A DNA stretch of 50,734 nucleotides, from the NCBI GenBank assembly GCA_041640655.1, contig JBEPZV010000017.1:1-50734 (forward strand), in the 5' to 3' direction. Positions 1 through 8,873 of this stretch are shown piece after piece; positions within the stretch are counted from its first letter, which is position 1, and each line of letters begins with the position of its first letter. The translations under genes were made by a program, and so were the position numbers. The DNA is from a bacterium (lineage in GTDB: Bacteria > Acidobacteriota > Blastocatellia > HR10). The notes beneath the pieces are model-generated. The model was not told the origin of the DNA. It saw only the letters and a program-made list of their open reading frames with translations, and ran no database searches.

Positions 1-360
1 CGACGGCCTCCTCCAGCCGCCCGACGCGTTCCTCCATGCGGGCCTGCGCCTCGACCAGTTGCGCCACGGCTTCTTCTAATCGCGCGGTCCGCTCCTCCAA
101 TCGCCCCACGCGCTCCTCCATGCGGGCCTGCGCTTCGATCAGATGGGCGACGGCCTCTTCCAGCCGCCCGACGCGTTCCTCCATGCGGGCCTGCGCCTCG
201 ACCAGTTGCGCCACGGCTTCTTCTAATCGCGCGGTCCGCTCCTCCAATCGCCCCACGCGCTCCTCCATGCGGGCTTGCGCTTCGATCAGATGGGCGACGG
301 CCTCCTCCAGCCGCCCGACGCGTTCCTCTGTTCGCGCTTGCGCTTCAGCCAGTTGGGCGA
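1..360. repeat. 147-bp in-frame tandem repeat (49 aa = 7 heptads), about 2.4 copies
   Basis: CGACGGCCTC recurs at 1, 148 and 295 with near-identical intervening sequence. Confidence 0.92.
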
Positions 361-568
361 CAGTCTTTTGCAAATCTCTTATCGCTGTGGCCAGCTCATG
401 AATAACGCCGTAAAGGGCGCGAATGTCCTGGCGAAGGGCGGCCTCCGCCTGTCGTTCCGCCAGCCGCTCGAAGACCTCCACTAAGGCATCGGCGACAGGA
501 GCCTCGAACACTCGTTCAAGTTGAGCGCGAATCTCTCTTCGTTCTTCTGGCGTCAATCCGTTCGGCAT
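1..568 (-). CDS. Heptad-repeat coiled-coil protein, N-terminal part (runs off the left edge; absent from the ORF track)
   Basis: ATG at 568 preceded by GGAGGAGAG. Reads MPNGLTPEERREIRAQLERVFEAPVADALVEVFERL... then repeated EAQARMEERVGRLEEAVA with no stop before position 1. Confidence 0.88.
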   Translation of the reverse strand, partial: MPNGLTPEERREIRAQLERVFEAPVADALVEVFERLAERQAEAALRQDIRALYGVIHELATAIRDLQKTVAQLAEAQARTEERVGRLEEAVAHLIEAQARMEERVGRLEERTARLEEAVAQLVEAQARMEERVGRLEEAVAHLIEAQARMEERVGRLEERTARLEEAVAQLVEAQARMEERVGRLEEAV

Positions 569-665
569 GTGCTCTCCTCCCGAAGAGAAGGTATTGTACC
601 ACAAGGAGGGGAGGGGGGATAACTCCTGGGCGGTCTCGTTGGCGGTTGTTGGGAGGAAGAGGATT

Positions 666-694
666 TTGACGGAGGACGGAGCGAGTGTTATAGT
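666..694 (+). promoter_or_regulatory. Sigma70-type promoter for the ugd operon
   Basis: TTGACG-17 nt-TATAGT with an extended -10 TG. Confidence 0.65.
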
Positions 695-746
695 AGTCAA
701 CCTTTGGTTCTTCGCGTGATCCGGAAAACGCCATGAGGGGGCAATC

Positions 747-2126
747 ATGCGCGTGTGCGTCATTGGGACCGGATATGTCGGATTGGTCACGGCGGCCTGC
801 TTGAGTCACATCGGGCATACGGTTGTGGGCGTGGATATAGATCGGCGCAAGATCGCGCTCTTGCGCAAGGGGCTCTCACCCATTTACGAACCCGGTCTGG
901 ACCGTGTGCTGCAGGTTCACATGGACGTGGGGAATCTCTCTTTCTCGGAGGATGCGGAATCGGCCATCGCGCATGCGGAAGCGATTCTGATCGCAGTCGG
1001 CACGCCGCCACGCATGGACGGACATGTGGATTTGAGTCACATTGAGGCGGCGTTGCGAACTATCGGGCGCGCCCTTGAGCGCGCGCCGAATCGCGGGGCG
1101 CGTCTTGTCGTGAGCAAATCCACTGTCCCTGTTGGAACGGCGCGATGGATGGCCGACTGGTTTCGGGCATCGTGTTCGGGGGGCGACATCATCGTCGTGA
1201 GCAACCCGGAATTCTTGCGCGAGGGGAACGCGCTGCAGGACTGCCTGTATCCGGATCGAATCATCATCGGCGCGGGCGATCAGCGAGCTGCTCCTCTGGT
1301 GCAACGCTTATATCGTCCGATCTTGGAGCAGACGTTTCCGACGCCGGATTATCTGCCGCCTCGCCCTGAGGGGCTGCGGCGCGTCCCATTGCTCTGGATG
1401 GATTGGGACAGCGCCGAGATGGCCAAATATGCGTCGAATGCCTTCTTGGCGCTCAAGATCAGTTTCGCCAATGAGATCGCCAACGTGTGCGAACGCGTGG
1501 GTGCCGATGTGACGCGCGTCATGGAGGCCGTCGGATTGGATCATCGCATTGGTCCGCATTACTTGCGGGCGGGCATCGGGTGGGGCGGGAGCTGTCTGGG
1601 GAAGGACCTTGGGGCTTTGATTCGATTGGCGGAGCATCGTGGTTATGATCCGTTGCTGCTTCGGGCCGCGCAGGCGACGAATGCTCATCAGCGCCGGATC
1701 GTGATCGAGAAGCTCCGCGCGTCGCTCGGATCGCTCCGGGGGCGTACGGTCGGCCTGCTCGGGCTCGCGTTCAAGCCGAACACGGATGATATTCGCGACG
1801 CTCCCAGTGTGGCGATCGCGCGAGCGCTGCGGGATGAGGGCGCGCGCGTGAAAGTCTACGATCCGGTCGCGATGGCGAATATGAGGGCCGAACATCCCGA
1901 TCTCGAACTCATCTACGCCACTGATCCGGTGGACCTCGCGCGCGCCTGTGATGCGTTGGTCATCGTGACCGAGTGGGAGGAGTTTCGGCAGCTCGATCTC
2001 TCCGAGCTTCGGCGCGTCATGAGCGGAGAGCTGCTTTTGGACGGACGGAATCTCTTCGATCCGGAGGACGCGCGCCGAGCGGGTTTCATCTACGTGGGGA
2101 TCGGGCGCCCGACCGCCGTGCCGTGA
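747..2126 (+). CDS. ugd: UDP-glucose/GDP-mannose dehydrogenase family protein
   Basis: VIGTGYVG Rossmann motif, SNPEFLREG, KYASNAFLA, GWGGSCLGKD catalytic Cys, LAFKPNTDDIR. Confidence 0.95.
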   Translation: MRVCVIGTGYVGLVTAACLSHIGHTVVGVDIDRRKIALLRKGLSPIYEPGLDRVLQVHMDVGNLSFSEDAESAIAHAEAILIAVGTPPRMDGHVDLSHIEAALRTIGRALERAPNRGARLVVSKSTVPVGTARWMADWFRASCSGGDIIVVSNPEFLREGNALQDCLYPDRIIIGAGDQRAAPLVQRLYRPILEQTFPTPDYLPPRPEGLRRVPLLWMDWDSAEMAKYASNAFLALKISFANEIANVCERVGADVTRVMEAVGLDHRIGPHYLRAGIGWGGSCLGKDLGALIRLAEHRGYDPLLLRAAQATNAHQRRIVIEKLRASLGSLRGRTVGLLGLAFKPNTDDIRDAPSVAIARALRDEGARVKVYDPVAMANMRAEHPDLELIYATDPVDLARACDALVIVTEWEEFRQLDLSELRRVMSGELLLDGRNLFDPEDARRAGFIYVGIGRPTAVP

Positions 2127-2149
2127 GGGCTTCACCGAGGAGGTATGCT

Positions 2150-2938
2150 ATGGGAGCGAGGGCACTGGCGATGTCTCTCTCCATCCTGGCGGCCACAGCG
2201 CTCGCGTCCGCGCAAGGGCGATTGGAGCGCGTGATCTCCGGACGAGGGCGCGTCGTGGACCTGACGCACCGCTTGAGTCCCACAATTCCGTACTGGCCGG
2301 GCGAGCAGTATCGCCCCTTCGAGTTTCGAACCCTCGCGACGCTGGAACGCGATGGCGTCTTCTCCGGCTTCTTCGCCATGCCTGAGCACATGGGGACGCA
2401 TGTGGATGCTCCGAACCACTTCGTGGCCGGTCAAGCCTCGGTGGATCAACTTCGCCCGGAACAGTTGATCGCTCCGGCCGTCGTCATTGACGTACGGGAG
2501 AAAGTCGCGCGCGATCCGGATTATCAGCTCACCGTCGCGGACATTCGGCGATGGGAGCGGCGGTACGGTCGCATCCCGCGTGGGGCCATCGTCTTCATGC
2601 ACACGGGATGGAGCGCGCGGTGGGGGGATCCCGAAGCCTATCGGAATCGAGACGCTCAGGGCGTGATGCATTTCCCCGGCTTCTCGCCCGAAGCGGCGAC
2701 CTGGCTCGTGCGCCGGCGGCAGATCCACGGCATCGGCATTGACACGCTCAGTGTGGACTTCGGTCCTTCCCGGGACTTCCGCGTGCATCACATCATGCAT
2801 GGAGCGGGGAAGTACCATCTGGAGAATGTCACGCGATTGGAGCACCTTCCGCCTCGGGGAGCGATCGTCATCGTGGGCGTGCTCCCGATCGCAGGGGGAT
2901 CAGGCGGACCGGCGCGCGTCTTCGCGCTCTTGCCCTGA
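2150..2938 (+). CDS. Cyclase/KynB-like metal-dependent hydrolase with a signal peptide
   Basis: EHMGTHVDAP (HxGTHxDxP), IGIDTLSVD, LEN, GGSGGPAR. RBS GAGGAGG before ATG 2150; hydrophobic leader ending in ALA-SA. Confidence 0.9.
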   Translation: MGARALAMSLSILAATALASAQGRLERVISGRGRVVDLTHRLSPTIPYWPGEQYRPFEFRTLATLERDGVFSGFFAMPEHMGTHVDAPNHFVAGQASVDQLRPEQLIAPAVVIDVREKVARDPDYQLTVADIRRWERRYGRIPRGAIVFMHTGWSARWGDPEAYRNRDAQGVMHFPGFSPEAATWLVRRRQIHGIGIDTLSVDFGPSRDFRVHHIMHGAGKYHLENVTRLEHLPPRGAIVIVGVLPIAGGSGGPARVFALLP

Positions 2939-2940
2939 CG

Positions 2941-4140
2941 ATGTTTTGGCCCGTGGTGATCCTGGCGGCTGCACAAAGCTGGGGATCCCTCTGGACGGGG
3001 ATTCGCTACTGGAAGTACGCGCGCGAGCGCTTGGCTTCGCCGCCGTCGGCGTATTGTCCCTCGGTCGCTGTGATCGTGCCCTGTCGGGGTGTGGATCCGG
3101 GGTTGGCGGAGAACGTGCGCGCGCTCCTGCGACAGGAATACCCGAAGTATGAGGTAATCTTCGTCGTCGAATCTCGATCGGATCCCGCGTATCCTGTCAT
3201 CCGCTACGCCCTGGATCAGGAGCGCGAAGTTCCGGCGGTGATCCTCGAAGCCGGACGCGCGCGCATGTGCGGGCAGAAAGTGCACAACTTGCTGGTCGCG
3301 CTCGAGTATCTGGAGACTCGCGGGGAAGAGGGGGAGAAGCCCGAAGTCTATGCATTCACCGACAGCGACGCGCAGCGCGATCCCCACTGGTTGCGCCATC
3401 TCGTGGCGCCGCTGGAGACGCTCGGCGTGGGAGCGACGACCGGATACCGCTGGTACATCCCGGCTGGGAGCTTCGCCTCGCTCCTGCGCTCGTTGTGGAA
3501 CGCGCCGATCGCCACGGCCCTTGGTCCGCATCCGCGGAATTTCGCTTGGGGCGGCTCGATGGCCCTTCGGCGCGAGACCGTCCATCGGATTCGGTTGCGC
3601 GAATATTGGCAGGGGAGTGTCTCGGACGATTATCGGTTGACGGAGGCTGTGCGGCGCGCCGGAGGGGCCATCGTCTTCGTCCCCCAGTGCTTGCTCCCCT
3701 CCTCAGGCGAGTGCTCGTTCCGCGAGGTGGTGGAATTCACCACGCGCCAGATCATCATCACGCGCTGCTACGCTCCGCACCTCTGGCTGCTGCTGTGGCT
3801 GAGCACGAGCCTCTTCCTCCTGGCGTTCTTCTGGTCGGGCGCTCGCGCGCTTCTGCATCTGGCTTCGGGAGAGCGTGCGGTCGAGCCAGCGCTCGCGTTC
3901 CTCGCCGTGTATGTTCCCGGCGTCCTCAAGGCGATGGTGCGCACGCGCGTCGTCGAGCGCGTTCTCAGCGCATATCGCGATCAGCTCCGTCCTTACCGCG
4001 CCGCCTATTGGCTCCTCTATCCGCTGGCGAGCCTGCTCTTCTTCTATAACTGCGCGATCGCCGCCTTCTCCCGTCGCATCTCGTGGCGTGGGATTCGGTA
4101 CGAATTGCGCGCGCCGGATCGCACCCTCGTGCTCGAGTGA
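2941..4140 (+). CDS. GT2/GT21-like membrane glycosyltransferase (ceramide glucosyltransferase/HpnI-like)
   Basis: VIVPCRG, KVHNL, FTDSD (DxD), WGGSMA, SDDY, C-terminal WRGIRY; N- and C-terminal TM segments. Confidence 0.88.
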   Translation: MFWPVVILAAAQSWGSLWTGIRYWKYARERLASPPSAYCPSVAVIVPCRGVDPGLAENVRALLRQEYPKYEVIFVVESRSDPAYPVIRYALDQEREVPAVILEAGRARMCGQKVHNLLVALEYLETRGEEGEKPEVYAFTDSDAQRDPHWLRHLVAPLETLGVGATTGYRWYIPAGSFASLLRSLWNAPIATALGPHPRNFAWGGSMALRRETVHRIRLREYWQGSVSDDYRLTEAVRRAGGAIVFVPQCLLPSSGECSFREVVEFTTRQIIITRCYAPHLWLLLWLSTSLFLLAFFWSGARALLHLASGERAVEPALAFLAVYVPGVLKAMVRTRVVERVLSAYRDQLRPYRAAYWLLYPLASLLFFYNCAIAAFSRRISWRGIRYELRAPDRTLVLE

Positions 4141-4229
4141 TCCGGCGAGTGCGGCGCTTGGAGAAGGGCGAGCTTTATGCTATGGTTTCCCTCGAATTTT
4201 GGACGCGAGGTCGTTGTCAGGAGGCACAG

Positions 4230-4799
4230 ATGAGAGCGTGCGTCAAACGGTGGTGGGTTCTCCTCCTCTTCTTCGCCGCACTTCCATTCGCATGGCCGCA
4301 GCAGGAGACGGGGAACCCTGGACTCCCGCGTTTTGCCCGAGTCGCTGATGGCCTCTACCGCTCGGGACAGCCCGATGAGGCGGGATTCCGATACCTCGCT
4401 CAGTTGGGAATTCGGACGGTGATTGATCTGCGCGGGCCGGGCGAACGCGCCGCCGCCGAGCGCGCGCTGGTGGAATCGCTCGGCATGCGGTATGTGAACG
4501 TCCCCTTGAGCGGATGGCGACGCCCTCGCGATGAAGAGATGCAGCGCATTTTGACGATCATCGCCGATCCGGCCTCTCGTCCCGTTCTCGTTCATTGTCG
4601 TCGGGGCGCTGATCGTACAGGCGTCGTCATTGCGCTCTATCGCGTCCTCTTCGAGGGATGGGAACCCGAGCGCGCCTATCGCGAGATGCGCGCCTTCGGC
4701 TTTCGGTGGTATCTGCGAGGGATGAAACGATATGTGTGGGAGGCGCCCGCGCGGTTGAGCGCCTCTCTGCCCGTGACCGTGCGAGCAGCTCATCCATGA
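4230..4799 (+). CDS. Exported cysteine-dependent (PTP/DSP, Siw14-like) phosphatase
   Basis: LYRSGQP, VIDLR and the HCRRGADRTG P-loop; RBS AGGAGG; hydrophobic N-terminus. Confidence 0.9.
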   Translation: MRACVKRWWVLLLFFAALPFAWPQQETGNPGLPRFARVADGLYRSGQPDEAGFRYLAQLGIRTVIDLRGPGERAAAERALVESLGMRYVNVPLSGWRRPRDEEMQRILTIIADPASRPVLVHCRRGADRTGVVIALYRVLFEGWEPERAYREMRAFGFRWYLRGMKRYVWEAPARLSASLPVTVRAAHP

Positions 4800-5620
4800 A
4801 CGTCGGCATCCTCCTGAATGTCATCGTCCCTCATGCGCCGATTCTGATCAGCGCCTTGGGCGGCGAGCCGGCGCCCGAAGCCGTCCCCCTGGTGAGCGCC
4901 ATCGGCCGACTGGCGCAGAGAATCGCGCGCCTGAATCCGGAGACGATCATCCTGGCGACGCCTCATGCGCCCATCGCCATTGATGCCTTCGGCCTTCACG
5001 TGGGGGATGTCTTGCGGGGGTCGTTCGCTCATTACGGTCACCCGGCCCTGGGCGTTCGCTTCGAGAACGACCTGGCGCTTGTGGACGAAATCGTCAGTGA
5101 GGTCTTTGAGCAGCGGATGAAAATCTTTGAGATTCCCGAGGGGACGCCTCTCGATCACGGAGCGCTCGTGCCGCTCTATCTCCTCTGGGAGGCGGGATGG
5201 CGGGGACGCGTCGTCGTCTTAGGCAGCTCCTATCTCCCCGATCGGGACCATGTCAGCTACGGGCGATGCGTCGAACGCGCCGCACGCGCGCTGGGACGGC
5301 GAGTCGTCTTCATCGGCAGCGCGAACCTGAGCCATCGTTTGAGCGCCCTCGCCCCTTCGGGATACCATCCTCGGGCGTACGAGTTCGATCGCGAGATCGT
5401 CTCTTCCCTGGAAGACGGAGATTTCGCCCGACTGGCCCGCATCGCGCCCGAGCTTCGCGCCCTCGCCGTCGAATGTGGCCATCGCCCGATCTTGATCGCT
5501 GTGGGGGCTGCTGGCGAGATGCCGGTGCGCCACCGCGTCCTCTCGTACACGAGCCTCTTCGGCGTCGGCTATGTCGTCGCCATTCTCGCCGACCGCAGTC
5601 CTGAGGACCAGGTCCCTTGA
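4796..5620 (+). CDS. LigB/MEMO-like (class III extradiol dioxygenase subunit B fold) protein
   Basis: PHAP, ATPH, LDHGALVPL, SANLSHRL, ECG, FGVGY; ATGA overlap with the upstream gene. Confidence 0.82.
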   Translation: MNVGILLNVIVPHAPILISALGGEPAPEAVPLVSAIGRLAQRIARLNPETIILATPHAPIAIDAFGLHVGDVLRGSFAHYGHPALGVRFENDLALVDEIVSEVFEQRMKIFEIPEGTPLDHGALVPLYLLWEAGWRGRVVVLGSSYLPDRDHVSYGRCVERAARALGRRVVFIGSANLSHRLSALAPSGYHPRAYEFDREIVSSLEDGDFARLARIAPELRALAVECGHRPILIAVGAAGEMPVRHRVLSYTSLFGVGYVVAILADRSPEDQVP

Positions 5621-5640
5621 TCCCCGATCAGGAGATGATG

Positions 5641-6942
5641 ATGAGACGGACGTACACGCACCTCGCGCTCTTGCTCACCGCGATCCTCATGTTCGGATGG
5701 AAATCGTGGGGCGAGCCGCGCATTGCAGCTTCCGAGGAGCCGCTCCTCGAACTGGCCCATTTCTCGGTGAACGATTCGGAGGACATGGTGTACGCGACTC
5801 CCGAGGGCATCTTTCTGAAGAGCGGCCCGCGTCCGCTTCAACTGGTGGCCGTCGGTGAGGAGGCGCCCATGACCCGTGGGGGACGCTTTCGGGCGTTCGG
5901 TCCGGTTCGGATTAACCGGCGCGGGACGGTGGCCTTCCAGGCGACGTTGGAAGGAGGGGAGGTCGCCAGCGGCCTCTTCATCGTCCGGGCGCGCGAGCGC
6001 GTTCGTCCGCTTGTGCTCGCCGGGCAGCCAGCGCCGCAAACGCGCGGGCGCTTCGTCGCCTTCGAACGCCTGGAGCTGACCGACCGCATCCGCGTGTTCG
6101 GTGTGCTGCCGATTCCGGAGACGGAGATCGTCCTCTTTCGCGCGACTGTGGCAGAGGGAGAGGAGATGCGCCGCGGCCTCTTCTTCGCGCTCGTAGCCAG
6201 AGGGGATGTTGGCGCCTTAGTCGTGCAAGGGCAGCCCGTCGGCGCGCGTCGGAGTCGGTATCGGGCGTTCGGCGATTTCTCCGCACTCTCCATTGACGCT
6301 TTTCCGCTGGGCGTTGTGCGCATCGCGTTCATCGCCGAGTTGGATGAGGCGGAAGTGCCCGAAGGGATCTTCCTCATGACGCTTTTCCCACAGCTCAGCG
6401 AATTCGCCCGACCGATCGTTCTCTCCGGGGAGGATGCCCCGGGAGGGCCCGGCGTCGGCCGCTTCCACCGATTTCGCTTCGTCTCCCTGAACCGAAATGA
6501 GCTGGCCTTCGTCGCCACCCTCACTGGAGAGCGCGCCGGGGAGGGGGTCTTCCAAGCGGTCACCGTCGGCCCTTTGGTTTTCTTTCAATCGAAAATCCTT
6601 CAAGGGGGGAATGTCCCTTTCGGCCCGGGGCAGTTCGAGCGTTTCGGCGAATTGATGAGCAACAATAACGAGCAGCTCGTCTTTCGCGCGACGGTCACCG
6701 GACGGGATGCGCCCGAAGGGCTCTACCTGGTGAGCTTGGGGCCGTTGACCGTCACGACCACGGTCGCGGAGGTCGGAGATCAAGCTCCCCAACACGATGG
6801 GGAGATCACGCGCATCGGCGAGTTCGTCCTGCTCGAAAACGGCAAGACGTATTTCCAGGCGTCGCTCGCCGGTGGGGACGCGCGCGAAGCCATTTATATC
6901 GGTTCTGCCCGCCGCATCTTCCCCACAGGGATTCGCCGGTGA
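5641..6942 (+). CDS. Secreted protein with NxxGxxAF-type repeats (predicted beta-propeller)
   Basis: Signal peptide; repeats INRRGTVAFQA, LNRNELAFVA, SNNNEQLVFRA, ENGKTYFQA, each followed by GLF/GIF/GLY-like motifs. Start may be anywhere from 5617 to 5641. Confidence 0.8.
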   Translation: MRRTYTHLALLLTAILMFGWKSWGEPRIAASEEPLLELAHFSVNDSEDMVYATPEGIFLKSGPRPLQLVAVGEEAPMTRGGRFRAFGPVRINRRGTVAFQATLEGGEVASGLFIVRARERVRPLVLAGQPAPQTRGRFVAFERLELTDRIRVFGVLPIPETEIVLFRATVAEGEEMRRGLFFALVARGDVGALVVQGQPVGARRSRYRAFGDFSALSIDAFPLGVVRIAFIAELDEAEVPEGIFLMTLFPQLSEFARPIVLSGEDAPGGPGVGRFHRFRFVSLNRNELAFVATLTGERAGEGVFQAVTVGPLVFFQSKILQGGNVPFGPGQFERFGELMSNNNEQLVFRATVTGRDAPEGLYLVSLGPLTVTTTVAEVGDQAPQHDGEITRIGEFVLLENGKTYFQASLAGGDAREAIYIGSARRIFPTGIRR

Positions 6943-7333
6943 GTGATCCTTCTGGAGGGTTCTAAGCGCTCTCTCAAGCCTTCCCGCGCTGCGCCCCGTC
7001 CCTTCAGCTCGCGGAGCTCCGAGACGGGGTGCTTTTCATCGAGACGTTGACTGGCAAGCGGAAGCCAGCGCGTCTCGCGGGCGAGGCGTTCTCGCTCTGC
7101 CGGATCTCTGGCGCGGCTGAATTCCCGCCGCACTTCGGTCAGCTCCCGATGGAGCGCAATCTTGATGGGAGAGATGTCCGCGTTCTTTAAGACCGTGTTC
7201 GCCGATCGGCACTCGGGTGACTCCAGAGGATCGAGAGCGGGGTTCATGGGGCGCCTCTTGGGCGGAAGATCGTCGAAGACCACCTGTTCGATCGCCCCCG
7301 CGATCTTCCGCTCGGGCGTCGGAGCTGCAGCAT
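6894..7333 (-). pseudogene. Degraded DUF1992 (YhdN-like) gene
   Basis: ERKIAGAIEQVVFDDLPPKRRPM...VLKNADISP resembles the DUF1992 pattern E-I-EA-GxFDxLPGxGKPL...LKNAG. The RBS-linked ATG at 7333 is out of frame with this segment. Confidence 0.62.
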
Positions 7334-7366
7334 GTCTCTTCCTTCGGTCTCCATCACAAACCCCGA

Positions 7367-8779
7367 TTACCAGCCGACGATCTCTCCCGCTTTCACCTCG
7401 CCGGGACGTTCGATCCGAAGCGGCTGGAGGCGCGCTCGCTGAAGGACTCGCTCCCGCACTGGCGATTCGCGCACGATCTGCGGGGATACGGCCTTCCCGA
7501 AGGTGAAGGTCGCCCGGATGTCGGCGTTCATGAAGACGGGCAGGCCCGTGAACGGCTCATCTCGCCGAGGGCGCCCCCATGTTTGACCATTGTCGGTCGA
7601 GAGATACGTCCGGAGGAATTGAGCCGGACTGGGGTCAAGGGCGAGGGCGATCCCCGTTTGCTCGATCGGGTCAGCGGGGAATTGAAATCCCACGTAGACG
7701 ACGCCCGATTCGATGGTCACAGGGGGATCAATGGGCAGGTCTATGACCTCACCGATGATCTCGATCGTGCGCGGGATCGGCAACGCCTTGTCAAACAAAA
7801 CTCTCGCTTGATCTAGCGGTGGAGGCGCCGCGTCCGGCCGGTCGCTCTCCCCAGCGAGCACGAGCACACGGATGGACTTCCCGGTGGGATCCGGAAGATC
7901 ACGGAAATGGAGGAAAGGATGGCTGACGGCGACAAGCCGTGCCGGATAGCGGCTGGGACGGAACCGATTGAGGAGGATTCCTCCCGAAGGCCCTCCGAAG
8001 AACCGAGCTGAGATGAACCCATCATCAACTTGATGAGATTCCGATCCTGCAGCAGCCTGCTGTTCCGCTCCGCTCGCACTGAGATTCTCAAGCGTCATCG
8101 TGTATTCGGCCGGTGGGCCGCCGAAGTGCTGGATGCCGATCACGAGCTTTCGCGCGAAGCCATCGTTGGGCAACGGTTCCCCGTCGCCCGTTCGCACGCC
8201 CTTCGGTTGCAGATAGAGGACGACGGCTTGATGCGGCCGATCGGATCGCGGCCAGGATTCCGGACGTTGCTCCGTCGCCATCTGGATGTCACTCAGCGCC
8301 TTGAAGCCATCAATGAAGAACGTCTGGTCATCCACGAATGTGCCGACCCAGAAGTCCAGGTCGGCCTCCTGTCGGGCTTGTTGTGGCGAGGTCACCGGCC
8401 CCCAATCCGCCGTGATCCGCACGGGGATCGGACCATCTCCCGGAGAGGCCTCTCCGAGCGCATCAGGGTCAGCGACGATCCAGTCCTGGATTTCGCCCAC
8501 TTCAAAGTCGAATTGATTGAAGAAGCTCTCCAGCTCCTCGCTGCGCCCCCCCTTATCGCCGCGCGCGATGCGCCCTCGGAAGATGACCTTCTCCCCCGGG
8601 CGCGGGAAGGGAACGACCTGAGCCGTCCGAGGGGTGTCGTTCGGCTCTTCCTCCTCAACAATGGTCTCGCCCTGAGACGCAGAGAATCCTTTGGCGGAGT
8701 GCTTCATTGGAGAGAGCGCACCAAACGCCAGCAGAGCGAGGGTGAGGGAGGAAGCGAGAATCCCGCGGCTGTACTTCAT
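7367..8779 (-). CDS. Secreted hypothetical protein with an E-x-EPNDT motif
   Basis: 470-aa ORF with a signal peptide, EEEEPNDTPRTAQ, and an STDNGQTW Asp-box-like motif; RBS GAGGTG. Confidence 0.8.
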   Translation of the reverse strand: MKYSRGILASSLTLALLAFGALSPMKHSAKGFSASQGETIVEEEEPNDTPRTAQVVPFPRPGEKVIFRGRIARGDKGGRSEELESFFNQFDFEVGEIQDWIVADPDALGEASPGDGPIPVRITADWGPVTSPQQARQEADLDFWVGTFVDDQTFFIDGFKALSDIQMATEQRPESWPRSDRPHQAVVLYLQPKGVRTGDGEPLPNDGFARKLVIGIQHFGGPPAEYTMTLENLSASGAEQQAAAGSESHQVDDGFISARFFGGPSGGILLNRFRPSRYPARLVAVSHPFLHFRDLPDPTGKSIRVLVLAGESDRPDAAPPPLDQARVLFDKALPIPRTIEIIGEVIDLPIDPPVTIESGVVYVGFQFPADPIEQTGIALALDPSPAQFLRTYLSTDNGQTWGRPRRDEPFTGLPVFMNADIRATFTFGKAVSPQIVRESPVRERVLQRARLQPLRIERPGEVKAGEIVGW

Positions 8780-8873
8780 CGGATCACCTCACGTGCGAAA
8801 TTTTCGGTCACCACGGCTTCAGGTGTACCATTGCCGCTGAGCATCGTCAAGGGCGCAAGGGATGAGCCCGCGC

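Noticed and set aside
1..360. Edge repeats as CRISPR arrays (also 50311-50640)
   Set aside because: There are no unique spacers; the units are multiples of 21 bp and encode coiled coils; no cas genes are present.
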